In this document: piece by piece, positions 27,386 to 36,067 of the stretch
How positions within the stretch are numbered: the first letter of the stretch is position 1
How the letters are laid out: each line of letters starts with the position of its first letter
Assembly: GCA_944381545.1 (NCBI GenBank)
Contig: CALWLO010000001.1
Span: 1-52,868, forward strand
DNA from: an uncultured Acetatifactor sp.
GTDB lineage: Bacteria; Bacillota; Clostridia; Lachnospirales; Lachnospiraceae
Direction: 5' to 3'
DNA length: 52,868 nt
The notes under the pieces: model-generated
Told to the model about the DNA's origin: nothing
What the model saw: only the letters and a program-made list of their open reading frames with translations
Databases searched by the model: none
Program-made: the position numbers and the translations under genes

Positions 27386-28249
27386 TTACTCACAGTACCA
27401 GATGGTATAGCCTGCCACCTCCCCCAGCAGCTCTGGATGAAGATCGTTTTCTTCCTGCAGCCAGTCGCAGGCCATTGCGATCCTTTCTGACGCTTCTGCC
27501 GGAAATACCCACATCCGGGCGCCGCAGCCTGCTGCCGTCTGCAAAGCGTAGGCATCCGTCCGCTCTAAGCCGCTTCCTGTCCCATCTCCGCTTTCCAAAG
27601 CTTCCATCCAGTCAAACAGGCGCTGCGCCTCCTCCGTATAGGTATCATAGGCATAAGCCGCCGCTTCCGGCTCCCACATATTCCGGCCATAAAGCAGCCT
27701 GATCTCTCCGGTTTGCCCTCTGACCGCCTCCAGCACCGCCCGAGGCCCCCACAGCAGCGTCTCCTGCATTTGGGAGAGCTCCTGCAGATTATTCGCCACC
27801 TGCCTGGCCCTGCTGCGGCGGGCTTCTTCCTCTTCACCGACTGTGCGGATGCGGCCCAGATTGCCCAGAAGCAGCAAAAGCGCCAGCAATACGCAAATGC
27901 CGGCCGCCAGCCTCCGGCCCGCCTTACCATCCCTTCGTCTCTGCTCCGTCAGTTCCCAGAGCAGCTCTGTGCCGCCCCAGGCAATGCACAGAGTCACCGG
28001 CACCAGACTCCAGATCCACGGATAGCTGTAAAATCTGGTCTGGTACAGCATCAGGCACCCGCCGCTTACCGGGAAGACCACCAGCACCAGCATCACCGCC
28101 GTAAACTGCAGCAGCCTTCCCTCCCGGGGCCGGCGGCGCTCCTTGGCCGCCAGGAAATACAGCAGCAGCCCCGGCACCAGCACCACCATATGATTGCTCT
28201 GAAAGTAAACAGCCAGGCCGTTTATGCTATTCTGAATCAGCTCCCTCAT
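27386..28249 (-). CDS. Membrane protein of unknown function
   Basis: About four N-terminal TM helices and a soluble C-terminal domain (IRLLYGRNMWE). ATGA overlap with the upstream gene. Confidence 0.75.
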   Translation of the reverse strand: MRELIQNSINGLAVYFQSNHMVVLVPGLLLYFLAAKERRRPREGRLLQFTAVMLVLVVFPVSGGCLMLYQTRFYSYPWIWSLVPVTLCIAWGGTELLWELTEQRRRDGKAGRRLAAGICVLLALLLLLGNLGRIRTVGEEEEARRSRARQVANNLQELSQMQETLLWGPRAVLEAVRGQTGEIRLLYGRNMWEPEAAAYAYDTYTEEAQRLFDWMEALESGDGTGSGLERTDAYALQTAAGCGARMWVFPAEASERIAMACDWLQEENDLHPELLGEVAGYTIWYCE

Positions 28250-29259
28250 GGCCGTTCCTCCCCTCTCCCCAGGATCCGGGAGGATAATCTCCGAAACCCT
28301 CTGCCAGCGCTTATTTTATCCAGAACCAGCAGGATCACCAGCAACGCCAGGCATAGTCCCATCCCATAAAAAGTCCAGCAGATGCAAGCCTCCGCCAATA
28401 CACACAAAAGCATTCCAGGCCAGGTATGCCGCAGATCCTTTTCCAGTCCCAGCGACAGCGCATAGGGCAGCAATATCAGGTTACGGATGGAGGTTCCCAG
28501 CCAGGCGCTGTGCAGGGCTCCATAGCCATCCAGCCATACCGCTCCCTCCCCGCACCAGAAAATCAGGGATACCAGGATCAGAAACAGATATTTTTTGCGC
28601 AGATCGGCGCCAAACAGCATTCTGGCAAGCCGGTAATAAACCATATATGTGCCGGCCAGCACAACTACCGGAATCAGGTTCTGCACAAACAGCGTCCCAT
28701 CCACCTGAAAAGACGAGGCAAGGATCGTATACAGGGTGGGCAGGCAAAGGATCCGATACCGCAGGGACAGCCCCTGGGTATAGGCCTGTCCCGTCAGAGG
28801 ATCCACCTGATAGATACCGTTCTGCGCCTGAAAGCTGCGCAGGGTCTCCACCGTAATGTCCCCTGCTGTGGCCACAGCAGGCATACAGTACACATACACC
28901 GTCTGTATCAGTACCATGAGCAGGAAAATGCCGGGCAGCAAAAAGCTTCCGCCATTTTCCGGCAGAATCCGAAAACGCTCTTTCTGTTTGCGGCAAATCA
29001 CCGCCACCGATACCAGCGCCAATATACATAAGACAGCAATCACACCATGCCAAAGCGCCGCCAGCCTGCTTAACTGCAGATGCCCAAAGGCTCCCGCCAG
29101 ATGCAGCGCCTGCGCCGCACCCACACAGCACAGACTGCCGATGATCCATGCATCCGTCATTCGGACAGGCAGGGAAGGCTTTCTGTATATCACCGCCAGC
29201 ACCCCCGCCCCGATCAGCCAGGGCACCACCGCCAGCAGCAGCCATAAAAGGATGATCAT
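28246..29259 (-). CDS. Polytopic membrane protein (DUF6077-like, possible GT-C)
   Basis: Start moved to MIILLWLLL (RBS AAAGG). 8-9 TM helices; loop GDITVET...IYQVDPLTG. The family name is from recall. Confidence 0.7.
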   Translation of the reverse strand: MIILLWLLLAVVPWLIGAGVLAVIYRKPSLPVRMTDAWIIGSLCCVGAAQALHLAGAFGHLQLSRLAALWHGVIAVLCILALVSVAVICRKQKERFRILPENGGSFLLPGIFLLMVLIQTVYVYCMPAVATAGDITVETLRSFQAQNGIYQVDPLTGQAYTQGLSLRYRILCLPTLYTILASSFQVDGTLFVQNLIPVVVLAGTYMVYYRLARMLFGADLRKKYLFLILVSLIFWCGEGAVWLDGYGALHSAWLGTSIRNLILLPYALSLGLEKDLRHTWPGMLLCVLAEACICWTFYGMGLCLALLVILLVLDKISAGRGFRRLSSRILGRGEERP

Positions 29260-29335
29260 ACACCGATCAGCACCTTTCTGTACATAAAATAGTTGGTGAA
29301 AATAGTATACCACATATTTCCTGTTTTGAACAACT

Positions 29336-29363
29336 AAAAAGAGACTGTTTCCAGCCTCTTTTT
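29336..29363. terminator. Intrinsic terminator downstream of the Spo0A_C gene
   Basis: Minus strand AAAAAGAGGCTG-GAAA-CAGTCTCTTTTT, a GNRA-loop stem followed by a U tract. Confidence 0.75.
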
Positions 29364-29369
29364 ACCCAG

Positions 29370-29830
29370 AAGGAGCAGTACGAATTGTCGAATCTCTATT
29401 GCCCCGAAAAGGCAATCATCTTGATTTCATATCCAGGCGCATCTTGTCAGCGATCCTGGCTATGTATTCACTGTTTGTAGGACGGCTCTTTCCCTGCTGG
29501 ACAGAATATCCGAACAGCTTTTCAAAGGTCTCAACGTTTCCCCTCGTCCAGGACACTTCGATTGCGTTGCGGATTGCCCGTTCAACCTTCTGATCCGTGG
29601 TCTTAAAATGCTTTGCAATGGTGGGATACAGCAGCTTGGTCACACTGCTCACCACCTCCATATCCCTGCCGGAAAGCAGGATGGCGTCACGCAGATAGTG
29701 ATACCCCTTTAAATGCGCCGGAACTCCGATGTCCAGCATGATCTCCGTAATATAGCGCTCCAATTCGTAATCCTTTACAGTAGTAATGTCCATAATGAAT
29801 TCCCCTTTCATATGTCGAGTACTGCTCCTT
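29370..29830. repeat. Perfect 12-bp inverted repeat enclosing the Spo0A_C gene
   Basis: AAGGAGCAGTAC at 29370-29381 and GTACTGCTCCTT at 29819-29830. Confidence 0.9.
29416..29793 (-). CDS. Stand-alone Spo0A C-terminal (DNA-binding) domain protein with no receiver domain
   Basis: ITEIMLDIGVPAHLKGYHYLRDAI, VTKLLYPTIAK, VERAIRNAIEVSW.RG, RPTNSEYIA.IADKMRL. Start MDITTVK follows GAAAGGGGA; an alternative in-frame ATG lies at 29811. Confidence 0.92.
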   Translation of the reverse strand: MDITTVKDYELERYITEIMLDIGVPAHLKGYHYLRDAILLSGRDMEVVSSVTKLLYPTIAKHFKTTDQKVERAIRNAIEVSWTRGNVETFEKLFGYSVQQGKSRPTNSEYIARIADKMRLDMKSR

Positions 29831-29862
29831 ACTGTAATTGATTGCATTAATCATATCATATC

Positions 29863-29903
29863 TGTCGAATAATGGGTAGCGGTTTTCATCGCATGAATCG
29901 ACA
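29863..29903. promoter_or_regulatory. 0A-box-like sites upstream of the Spo0A_C gene
   Basis: TGTCGAA at 29863-29869 matches TGNCGAA. ATCGACA at 29897-29903 is inverted with one mismatch. Further copies at 29813-29819 (TGTCGAG) and 29386-29392 (TGTCGAA). Confidence 0.6.
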
Positions 29904-29997
29904 GCGCTCTACAGGAAATACCGGATTATCTCTATCACATCCCTGACTATCGCCTTAAATGTGGGAGAACTAAAGGAAAAAACCGCTGCCAGCAATT

Positions 29998-32955
29998 TCA
30001 AATATCAATGTTCATGCAAACAAATAAGTTCTTATCATTTGATGCTGCGGTGACGTAAATTCGTTTGGACAATGACTCAATTAAGTTTTTCTGCATTTGA
30101 TCAACATTACTTAAAAATTCATCTAATTCTTTTTTCCCATACATTCCAAGATAATTTATTGACACAATATCAGCTCTTGCTCCAATACGAGCAAGCACTA
30201 ACTGTCCTTCCTTATCTTCAATATTACGATTCTTAGCCAGATAAGAAGGTCTGAAAAAATCTTTAGTGTATAGACTTATTATTTTTATTGACCGTTCCTT
30301 AAAAACGGTAAAAGTGTCATTTCTTTGAAACACTAACGCCACACTAACATGCATATCCCCAAGCGTTTCTGAAAAGTCATATTCCGCATACTCTCTAAGA
30401 TTAAATTGCGTCCTTACCGAAATGAACTCATTCTCTACTTTCTTTGAGATTCTTACTGCAACTAAATACGAAAGAAAAAGTGAAATGCCAATACTATTTT
30501 CATTTTTTGGAATCTTCTCTACAAAAATGCTTAATTTTTGCTGTATAAACCCTTTATCTTGTATCGCACATTTATCGAGCTGTTTTATATACCAGCTACT
30601 CAGCACACCTTTCATCGTTGCATTTTTCTTATGTATAAATTCACAGTAGTCAAAATACTGTAAGCTGTTTTGAGAAGGTATGTCATGAATCAGGTTACTG
30701 ATTTTTAGCTTGATAAGCGAGATGCTGGAAGCGTCTGCAATACAGTGATCAATAACACAAATGACTTTTGCTTTTTTATTACATAATAGAACAGCAAATA
30801 ATGCCATTCTCCCCCCATATTGTCTGGAATAAAATACAAGCTCCTTAAATGTCTCCGTAATATATTCTACAATGCCTGTATCAAAATCATCTGTGCTAAT
30901 GACCGGGATTGCAGGTAAACTTTCACATGAAAATTCTTTAAAGTACAATTCATTATTAATAACACATAATCCGGAATTTAAAATTGGATTTTGAATTACT
31001 AATTGTTTTATTATATCCAAAATATTTAAATCACTATTTTCTAACATTATTTCTTGATCAAAGCTTATACAATTCTTGATCTTCTTAAAAAAATAATTTT
31101 CCTGTAATTGTAAGGCTCGACATACTCGGCCAGTTTCATTATTATCTTCAAATAAATACCGATAGCTCGCTATTGATATTTTTCTAAGGTTTGCAATAAG
31201 ATCCGAATTACTATTGTTAAAAACAATATCCTGAGATAGATTACGTTCCCTTCGCAAATAATCTGTAATTTTTCTCGCTGTTCTGTAATTGTATATCATA
31301 TCAGTATTAAATTCTTTATGACATATTTTCTCAATCTCATTAAGCAGGCTAAATGATCGAAGTGAATCACCCCCGCATTCAAAAAAATCGTCATCAATGG
31401 AGTTAAGCAGATTATCGGATCCTAAACATTGCTGCATGAGATTCAATATACATTTATAATCAATCCCTTTTTCCTCATAATTCTTTTTCCGATTTTTCAA
31501 TTCATTTAGAATTTCACATTCTATTTTCTTTCTATCAACCTTATTACTGGTATTCAGTTCTATTTTGTTTACAAAACGGAATACATTAGGAATCATATAA
31601 CGAGGAACTTTTTCCTCTAATCTATTCTTAAGTTCCATCGAATCCATACGGATTCCCGCTTCCAAACAAACTGTTGCAAACAGCATATTATTTAGATAAG
31701 TAACTACAGCTTCCTTTATACCTTTTAATTCAACTAATTTGTTTTCAATTTCACCAAGCTCTACCCTGATTCCATTCAGCTGAACTTGGTCATCATTCCT
31801 ACCATGAAAATACAAGAGTCCTTCCCTAATGGACACAAGATCCCCAGTCCGATAATACATTGCTCCATTCTTATTCATAAATCGTTTTTTACTTTCAACT
31901 TCATTATTTATATATCCATTTGCAATGCCTAATCCACCCAAAAGTAATTCTCCTACACCATCATCATCTGCTCCATCAATAAGATAAGTGCATCCTTTTA
32001 ACGCTCTTCCAATAGGGATCCCTTTTTCATAATTCTCTCCATGCTTAAACTCGTATCCGGTTGCATAAACTGTTGCCTCAGTTGGTCCATATAGATTTAA
32101 CATCCTACACGCAATATGGTTATCTTCCCAATAATCCAATATCTCTTTTTTAAAGGCTTCACCTGCCACCATTATACATTTTAAGGATGAAAACATCTGA
32201 TTCAGTTCTTCATTTGAATACGCATATATCATATTTTTTAATCCAGATGGAGAAATCGCCAAATGTGTCAGGCCATTTTCATACACTATTTGCGGAAAAA
32301 GTTTATATTCATGATATTCAGCTAAATCCACTACATATGTTTTTGCTCCATATAGAAACGAATATATTTCCGTTACAGATACGTCAAACGTGTATGGTGT
32401 AGAGAAAACATACACAGACTGATAAGTACACTTGCTTATTTCTATCATATTATTTATAATATACATTAAGTTCTTATATGTAACAGACACTCCTTTGGGT
32501 GTTCCTGTACTTCCTGAAGTAAACAGTACATATACTTCATCTCTATCCTGATATTGATAAAACGATGCCTGTTGTATATTGGCATATTTTTCCTTTTCCC
32601 TGTTATACAGAATTGTATTTGTTTTTTTAAAGTACTTTACGTCTGATATAATCAATTTTGCTTTCGACATATATGCAATTTTTTCTATATCTTCTTCAGA
32701 AGTACCAATTCTAACAGGCACATAACTATTTCCTGTTTTTATGATACTAAGAATACAAATAATAATAGAAGCAGTATGTGTTAGATAAAGTATAATTCTA
32801 TTATGATTTCCGCACAAATTAGACATAATATCTGTGGAACACTTTTCAACCATTAAAAATGCCTCATGATATGTTATGTTATTCTCTTTGGTCATAATCA
32901 TTATTTCTTCAGGCGTATTTATTACTTTAGACAAAAATTCTTCATAAATATTCAT
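29998..32955 (-). CDS. Stand-alone NRPS-like protein: adenylation, carrier (T) and degenerate condensation-like domains; AT-rich
   Basis: A cores YVLFTSGSTGTPKGV, TFDVSV, NLYGPTEAT, GELLLGG...GY, YRTGDL, GRNDDQV..NGIRVELGEIE, PRYMIP, NKVDR. T domain DDFFECGGDSL. C-like DHCIADASS. Confidence 0.9.
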   Translation of the reverse strand: MNIYEEFLSKVINTPEEIMIMTKENNITYHEAFLMVEKCSTDIMSNLCGNHNRIILYLTHTASIIICILSIIKTGNSYVPVRIGTSEEDIEKIAYMSKAKLIISDVKYFKKTNTILYNREKEKYANIQQASFYQYQDRDEVYVLFTSGSTGTPKGVSVTYKNLMYIINNMIEISKCTYQSVYVFSTPYTFDVSVTEIYSFLYGAKTYVVDLAEYHEYKLFPQIVYENGLTHLAISPSGLKNMIYAYSNEELNQMFSSLKCIMVAGEAFKKEILDYWEDNHIACRMLNLYGPTEATVYATGYEFKHGENYEKGIPIGRALKGCTYLIDGADDDGVGELLLGGLGIANGYINNEVESKKRFMNKNGAMYYRTGDLVSIREGLLYFHGRNDDQVQLNGIRVELGEIENKLVELKGIKEAVVTYLNNMLFATVCLEAGIRMDSMELKNRLEEKVPRYMIPNVFRFVNKIELNTSNKVDRKKIECEILNELKNRKKNYEEKGIDYKCILNLMQQCLGSDNLLNSIDDDFFECGGDSLRSFSLLNEIEKICHKEFNTDMIYNYRTARKITDYLRRERNLSQDIVFNNSNSDLIANLRKISIASYRYLFEDNNETGRVCRALQLQENYFFKKIKNCISFDQEIMLENSDLNILDIIKQLVIQNPILNSGLCVINNELYFKEFSCESLPAIPVISTDDFDTGIVEYITETFKELVFYSRQYGGRMALFAVLLCNKKAKVICVIDHCIADASSISLIKLKISNLIHDIPSQNSLQYFDYCEFIHKKNATMKGVLSSWYIKQLDKCAIQDKGFIQQKLSIFVEKIPKNENSIGISLFLSYLVAVRISKKVENEFISVRTQFNLREYAEYDFSETLGDMHVSVALVFQRNDTFTVFKERSIKIISLYTKDFFRPSYLAKNRNIEDKEGQLVLARIGARADIVSINYLGMYGKKELDEFLSNVDQMQKNLIESLSKRIYVTAASNDKNLFVCMNIDI

Positions 32956-33052
32956 ATTATTTAATGTATAAAATTATTATACTTATCCTTTCACTATAAT
33001 TTAAATAAAGCTTTTACAAATTCTATATTTAACAGATAAAAAATTATTTTTA

Positions 33053-33082
33053 ATTATAACTTTATTTTTTTCGCAAAGTCAA
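33053..33082 (-). promoter_or_regulatory. Probable SigA promoter of the NRPS-like gene
   Basis: TTGACT, 18-bp spacer, TATAAT. The region is AT-rich, so a chance match is possible. Confidence 0.5.
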
Positions 33083-33193
33083 GTTTTTCAAAAAGTCTTA
33101 TCTAAAATATACCTTCGTTTTTTTGCTGTGTCACGCCATTAATAAAGTATTTATTGATTTATAACAGGAAATTCTCTATTACCCAGAAAAAAT

Positions 33194-33233
33194 CCCTCCT
33201 GCATGTAAACACTTACACTTACATGCAGGAGGG
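33194..33233 (-). terminator. Intrinsic terminator after the GtrB-like gene
   Basis: 15-bp stem CCCTCCTGCATGTAA...TTACATGCAGGAGGG followed by a T tract on the minus strand. Confidence 0.75.
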
Positions 33234-33275
33234 GTATAACCAAATTCAAGCAAAATCGTATACGATGCTTCTGCT

Positions 33276-34205
33276 CTACAATTCCTCCTTCACAATATAA
33301 ATCGGGCGCTTCTTCACCTCCATATAGGTCTTGGCCAGATACTGCCCGATGATCCCCATGCAAAACAGCTGCACGCCGCTGACCAGGGAGATAATGCATA
33401 CCAGCGAGGGCCAGCCGGACACCGGATCTCCGAAAATAATCGTGCGCACAATGATAAATATAATCAGGATAAAAGCCAGCAGGCAGAACAGGACTCCCAT
33501 AAAGGAAGCAATGCTTAAGGGTACGGTGGAAAACGCCGTAATGCCCTCCAGGGAATAAAGCAGCAGCTTCCAGAAGTTCCACTTGGTCTCCCCCTTTGCC
33601 CGCTCTATATTCTCATATTCGATCCATCTGGTTTGAAAGCCTACCCAGCCGTAGATCCCCTTTGTGAAACGGTTATATTCCTGCATCTGCAGGATCGCAT
33701 TCACCATCTGGCGTGTCATCAGCCGGTAATCCCGGGCGCCGTCCATGATCTCCGTTCGGGAGATATGCTTCATCAGACGATAAAACATCCGGGCAAACAT
33801 AGACCGGATGGGCGGTTCTCCCTTGCGGCTGACCCGTCTGGTGGCCACGGAATCATAGCCCTGCTCCAGGTAGGAAAACATCTCCGGCAACAGCGAGGGG
33901 GGATCCTGCAGATCCACATCCATCAGCACCACGTAATCCCCTCTGGACTTCTCCAATCCCGCATACATACCGGCTTCCTTGCCGAAATTCCGGGAGAAGG
34001 AGATCAAATGCACTCTTTCATCCGCCGCCCGCAGCTTTTTCACTTCCTCTGCGGTTCTGTCTTTAGAACCGTCATCAATATACAGAATCTCCACTTCCAG
34101 ATCCTTTTCCTGAAAAAAGGACTCATTTTTCATCAGTTCCCTATAAAAGTCTGCCACAGATTCTTCTTCGTTATAGCAGGGCACAATCACGCTCAGTAAG
34201 CTCAT
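33276..34205 (-). CDS. GT2 undecaprenyl-phosphate glycosyltransferase (GtrB/CsbB/DPM1-like)
   Basis: VIVPCYNEE, IDDGSKD, FSRNFGKEA, MDVDLQDPP, DYRLM; two C-terminal TM helices; EVKKRPIY. Confidence 0.92.
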   Translation of the reverse strand: MSLLSVIVPCYNEEESVADFYRELMKNESFFQEKDLEVEILYIDDGSKDRTAEEVKKLRAADERVHLISFSRNFGKEAGMYAGLEKSRGDYVVLMDVDLQDPPSLLPEMFSYLEQGYDSVATRRVSRKGEPPIRSMFARMFYRLMKHISRTEIMDGARDYRLMTRQMVNAILQMQEYNRFTKGIYGWVGFQTRWIEYENIERAKGETKWNFWKLLLYSLEGITAFSTVPLSIASFMGVLFCLLAFILIIFIIVRTIIFGDPVSGWPSLVCIISLVSGVQLFCMGIIGQYLAKTYMEVKKRPIYIVKEEL

Positions 34206-34325
34206 GGGGTCAGTCTCCTCTTATTCGATAATTGCCTTTATCATAGTCGATTATCCACGGTATTGGTATTCATTATACAATAATTGTACCCCTTTCTGCA
34301 AGCCCAACGGATCCGGCACAGTACT

Positions 34326-34562
34326 TTATCCATTTGCCGCAGGTGCAAATACTGTGCAGAATTCCTCCGCCTTTTCCCTGGTCAGTTCAAATTTCTGCAT
34401 TACCCTGGATATAATATCCTCTCGGGATACGCCAAATTCGATACAGGTTTCCACCAGGAACTGGATGCCTTTCCTCTCACCTTCCATACGGCCGTTTTCC
34501 TCACCCTTCCGCTCTCTGGCGTCCAGCTCATCTTTCATCAGTTCCTCCAATGCTTTGCACAT
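34326..34562 (-). CDS. Putative in-frame internal small protein (78 aa, RpnS-like)
   Basis: GAGGAGGT at 34577-34570, 7-nt spacer, in-frame ATG at 34562 (MCKALEELMKDEL...). Confidence 0.55.
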   Translation of the reverse strand: MCKALEELMKDELDARERKGEENGRMEGERKGIQFLVETCIEFGVSREDIISRVMQKFELTREKAEEFCTVFAPAANG

Positions 34563-35222
34563 AATCTTTACCTCCTCAAACGGTCTTAAGTTTGCCCGGA
34601 CTATGATGTCCATCACCGATTGATACAGTCCGTTCTCCTTATGCCTGCCATATTCCTCCAGCAGCTTCCTTGCCGTTTCCGTCTCCCTCATGTCATTGGT
34701 AAGGTTCTTCAGCCACAGGTTGCTCTCCTCCGACAGTTCTGACGTGACGATCAGCTGCATGGGAATGATATCCCCATGGATGTAATAGATTCCCTCCTCC
34801 TGCCTGTCCAGACACATATGCCTCTCTTTCTCCAGATGGGTTACGAGCTTCCTTGGAAAGCGTCTGCATACATAGGATATGGTAATCTCAGATATTTTGA
34901 TCTCATCCTGTTTTACTGTGTCTGATTTGTAAAAGCAGGCATAGCCGTACACCTTGTAAAAAGCGTTGATGTCCAGGCAGTCATCCGGACTCTTGTACTC
35001 CACGATATTGTGAGTCCTGAAGATCCGGCCGATATTCTTCCTGATCGCTGTCGATGGATCCTTCTTAATGATTAACACATCGATCTCCTTTGGTTTTGTT
35101 CCCAGCTGGTGCTCGTTCTCGAAAAGCAGAGCCTCCGCCTCTGCGGCGAATTCAATGCGGATACCGGCAAAGAAAGCCGGATGCCACTGGAGCGCCGGGG
35201 CTTCTTCTGTCTTCTTTTCCAT
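34326..35222 (-). CDS. Rpn-like PD-(D/E)XK nuclease / putative transposase-family protein
   Basis: WHPAF, E......K...IDVLIIK and NIVEYKS (D...ExK core); C-terminal KG..EG..EG..KG repeats and a GVSRE.I HTH-like tail typical of Rpn-like proteins. Confidence 0.72.
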   Translation of the reverse strand: MEKKTEEAPALQWHPAFFAGIRIEFAAEAEALLFENEHQLGTKPKEIDVLIIKKDPSTAIRKNIGRIFRTHNIVEYKSPDDCLDINAFYKVYGYACFYKSDTVKQDEIKISEITISYVCRRFPRKLVTHLEKERHMCLDRQEEGIYYIHGDIIPMQLIVTSELSEESNLWLKNLTNDMRETETARKLLEEYGRHKENGLYQSVMDIIVRANLRPFEEVKIMCKALEELMKDELDARERKGEENGRMEGERKGIQFLVETCIEFGVSREDIISRVMQKFELTREKAEEFCTVFAPAANG

Positions 35223-35406
35223 GTGCCCTCCTTATTCCGTTCCAGGAGTTCACTTCTTTTTAGAAAACTCCTGCTGTTAAATGTGGAATGAAGCATGAAT
35301 TTTCTAAAAGATACAGCCGGCCTTAAGCCGTCTCTGAATGGATGAATAGAATACAGAAATGAACGCTTCTGTATCAGATTTTATATAGAAAATATGCTCT
35401 ATGCTG

Positions 35407-35436
35407 ATTTTAGCATATGTGATATCAGAATTGCAA
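35407..35436 (-). promoter_or_regulatory. Probable SigA promoter of the Rpn-like gene
   Basis: TTGCAA, 18-bp spacer, TAAAAT with extended -10 TG. Confidence 0.5.
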
Positions 35437-35594
35437 TAGATACTTTATAAAATCACTGTCTTTCCCTTCATGGTTGGACGCATTCTGGTAAAAAGTCTGT
35501 AAAGTGCTGGATATCCTGGCCCGAATCGTGTATAATGTGCATATAAGGCAGAATCAAATAGGTTCTGCCTGTAATTTGTGGAATAGAAGAGGAA

Positions 35595-36059
35595 GTGTTT
35601 ATGGAATTTTTTACCGGTTTACTGGAAAACAGGATTTTTCAGGCGGCAGCCTTGGGATGGCTTATCGCTCAAGTACTTAAAACAATGATCCATATGTTTT
35701 TTACCAAAAAATTTGTGGCGGAGCGCCTGGTAGGCAGCGGAGGTATGCCCAGTTCCCACTCCGCTACCGTATGTGCGATGGTCACCGCCACCTATATCGA
35801 ATACGGCTCCTCCGGCTATCCTTTCGCCTTTGCCTTGATCCTGGCAATCATTGTCATGTATGATGCCATCGGCGTCCGCCGGGAGACCGGCATTCAGGCT
35901 CAGCTTCTCAACGATATGATCAGGGTTTTCGAGGAAATGGGACGTAAGGAATTGTCCGCTCACGATAAGCTGAAAGAATTTGTGGGACATACTCCCCTGC
36001 AGGTACTGGCAGGGGCGATCCTGGGAATCTTAATCGCCATCCTGATCTATCAGTTCTAG
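35595..36059 (+). CDS. Divergent PAP2 family membrane protein (DUF212, YuiD-like)
   Basis: AQVLK, GSGGMPSSHSATV, VMYDA.GVRR..G.QA, LKEFVGHTP.QV.AG. Start is GTG 35595 or ATG 35601. Confidence 0.92.
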   Translation: MFMEFFTGLLENRIFQAAALGWLIAQVLKTMIHMFFTKKFVAERLVGSGGMPSSHSATVCAMVTATYIEYGSSGYPFAFALILAIIVMYDAIGVRRETGIQAQLLNDMIRVFEEMGRKELSAHDKLKEFVGHTPLQVLAGAILGILIAILIYQF

Positions 36060-36067
36060 AAATCGCC

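Noticed and set aside
29416-29847. Calling this gene spo0A or a spo0A pseudogene
   Set aside because: There is no receiver-domain remnant upstream, and it has its own RBS, intact domain and terminator. It is better described as a stand-alone Spo0A_C protein.
34326-35222. IS element carrying the nuclease, or a leucine-pathway enzyme because leuA is nearby
   Set aside because: I found no terminal inverted repeats, target duplication, DDE motif or dehydrogenase motif.
2331-35419. Identical 13-mer ATTTTAGCATATG at 2331 and 35407 as att sites of a 33-kb island
   Set aside because: Both read as extended -10 elements (TGCTAAAAT) on the minus strand, no integrase is present, and the glycan locus continues past the left copy.
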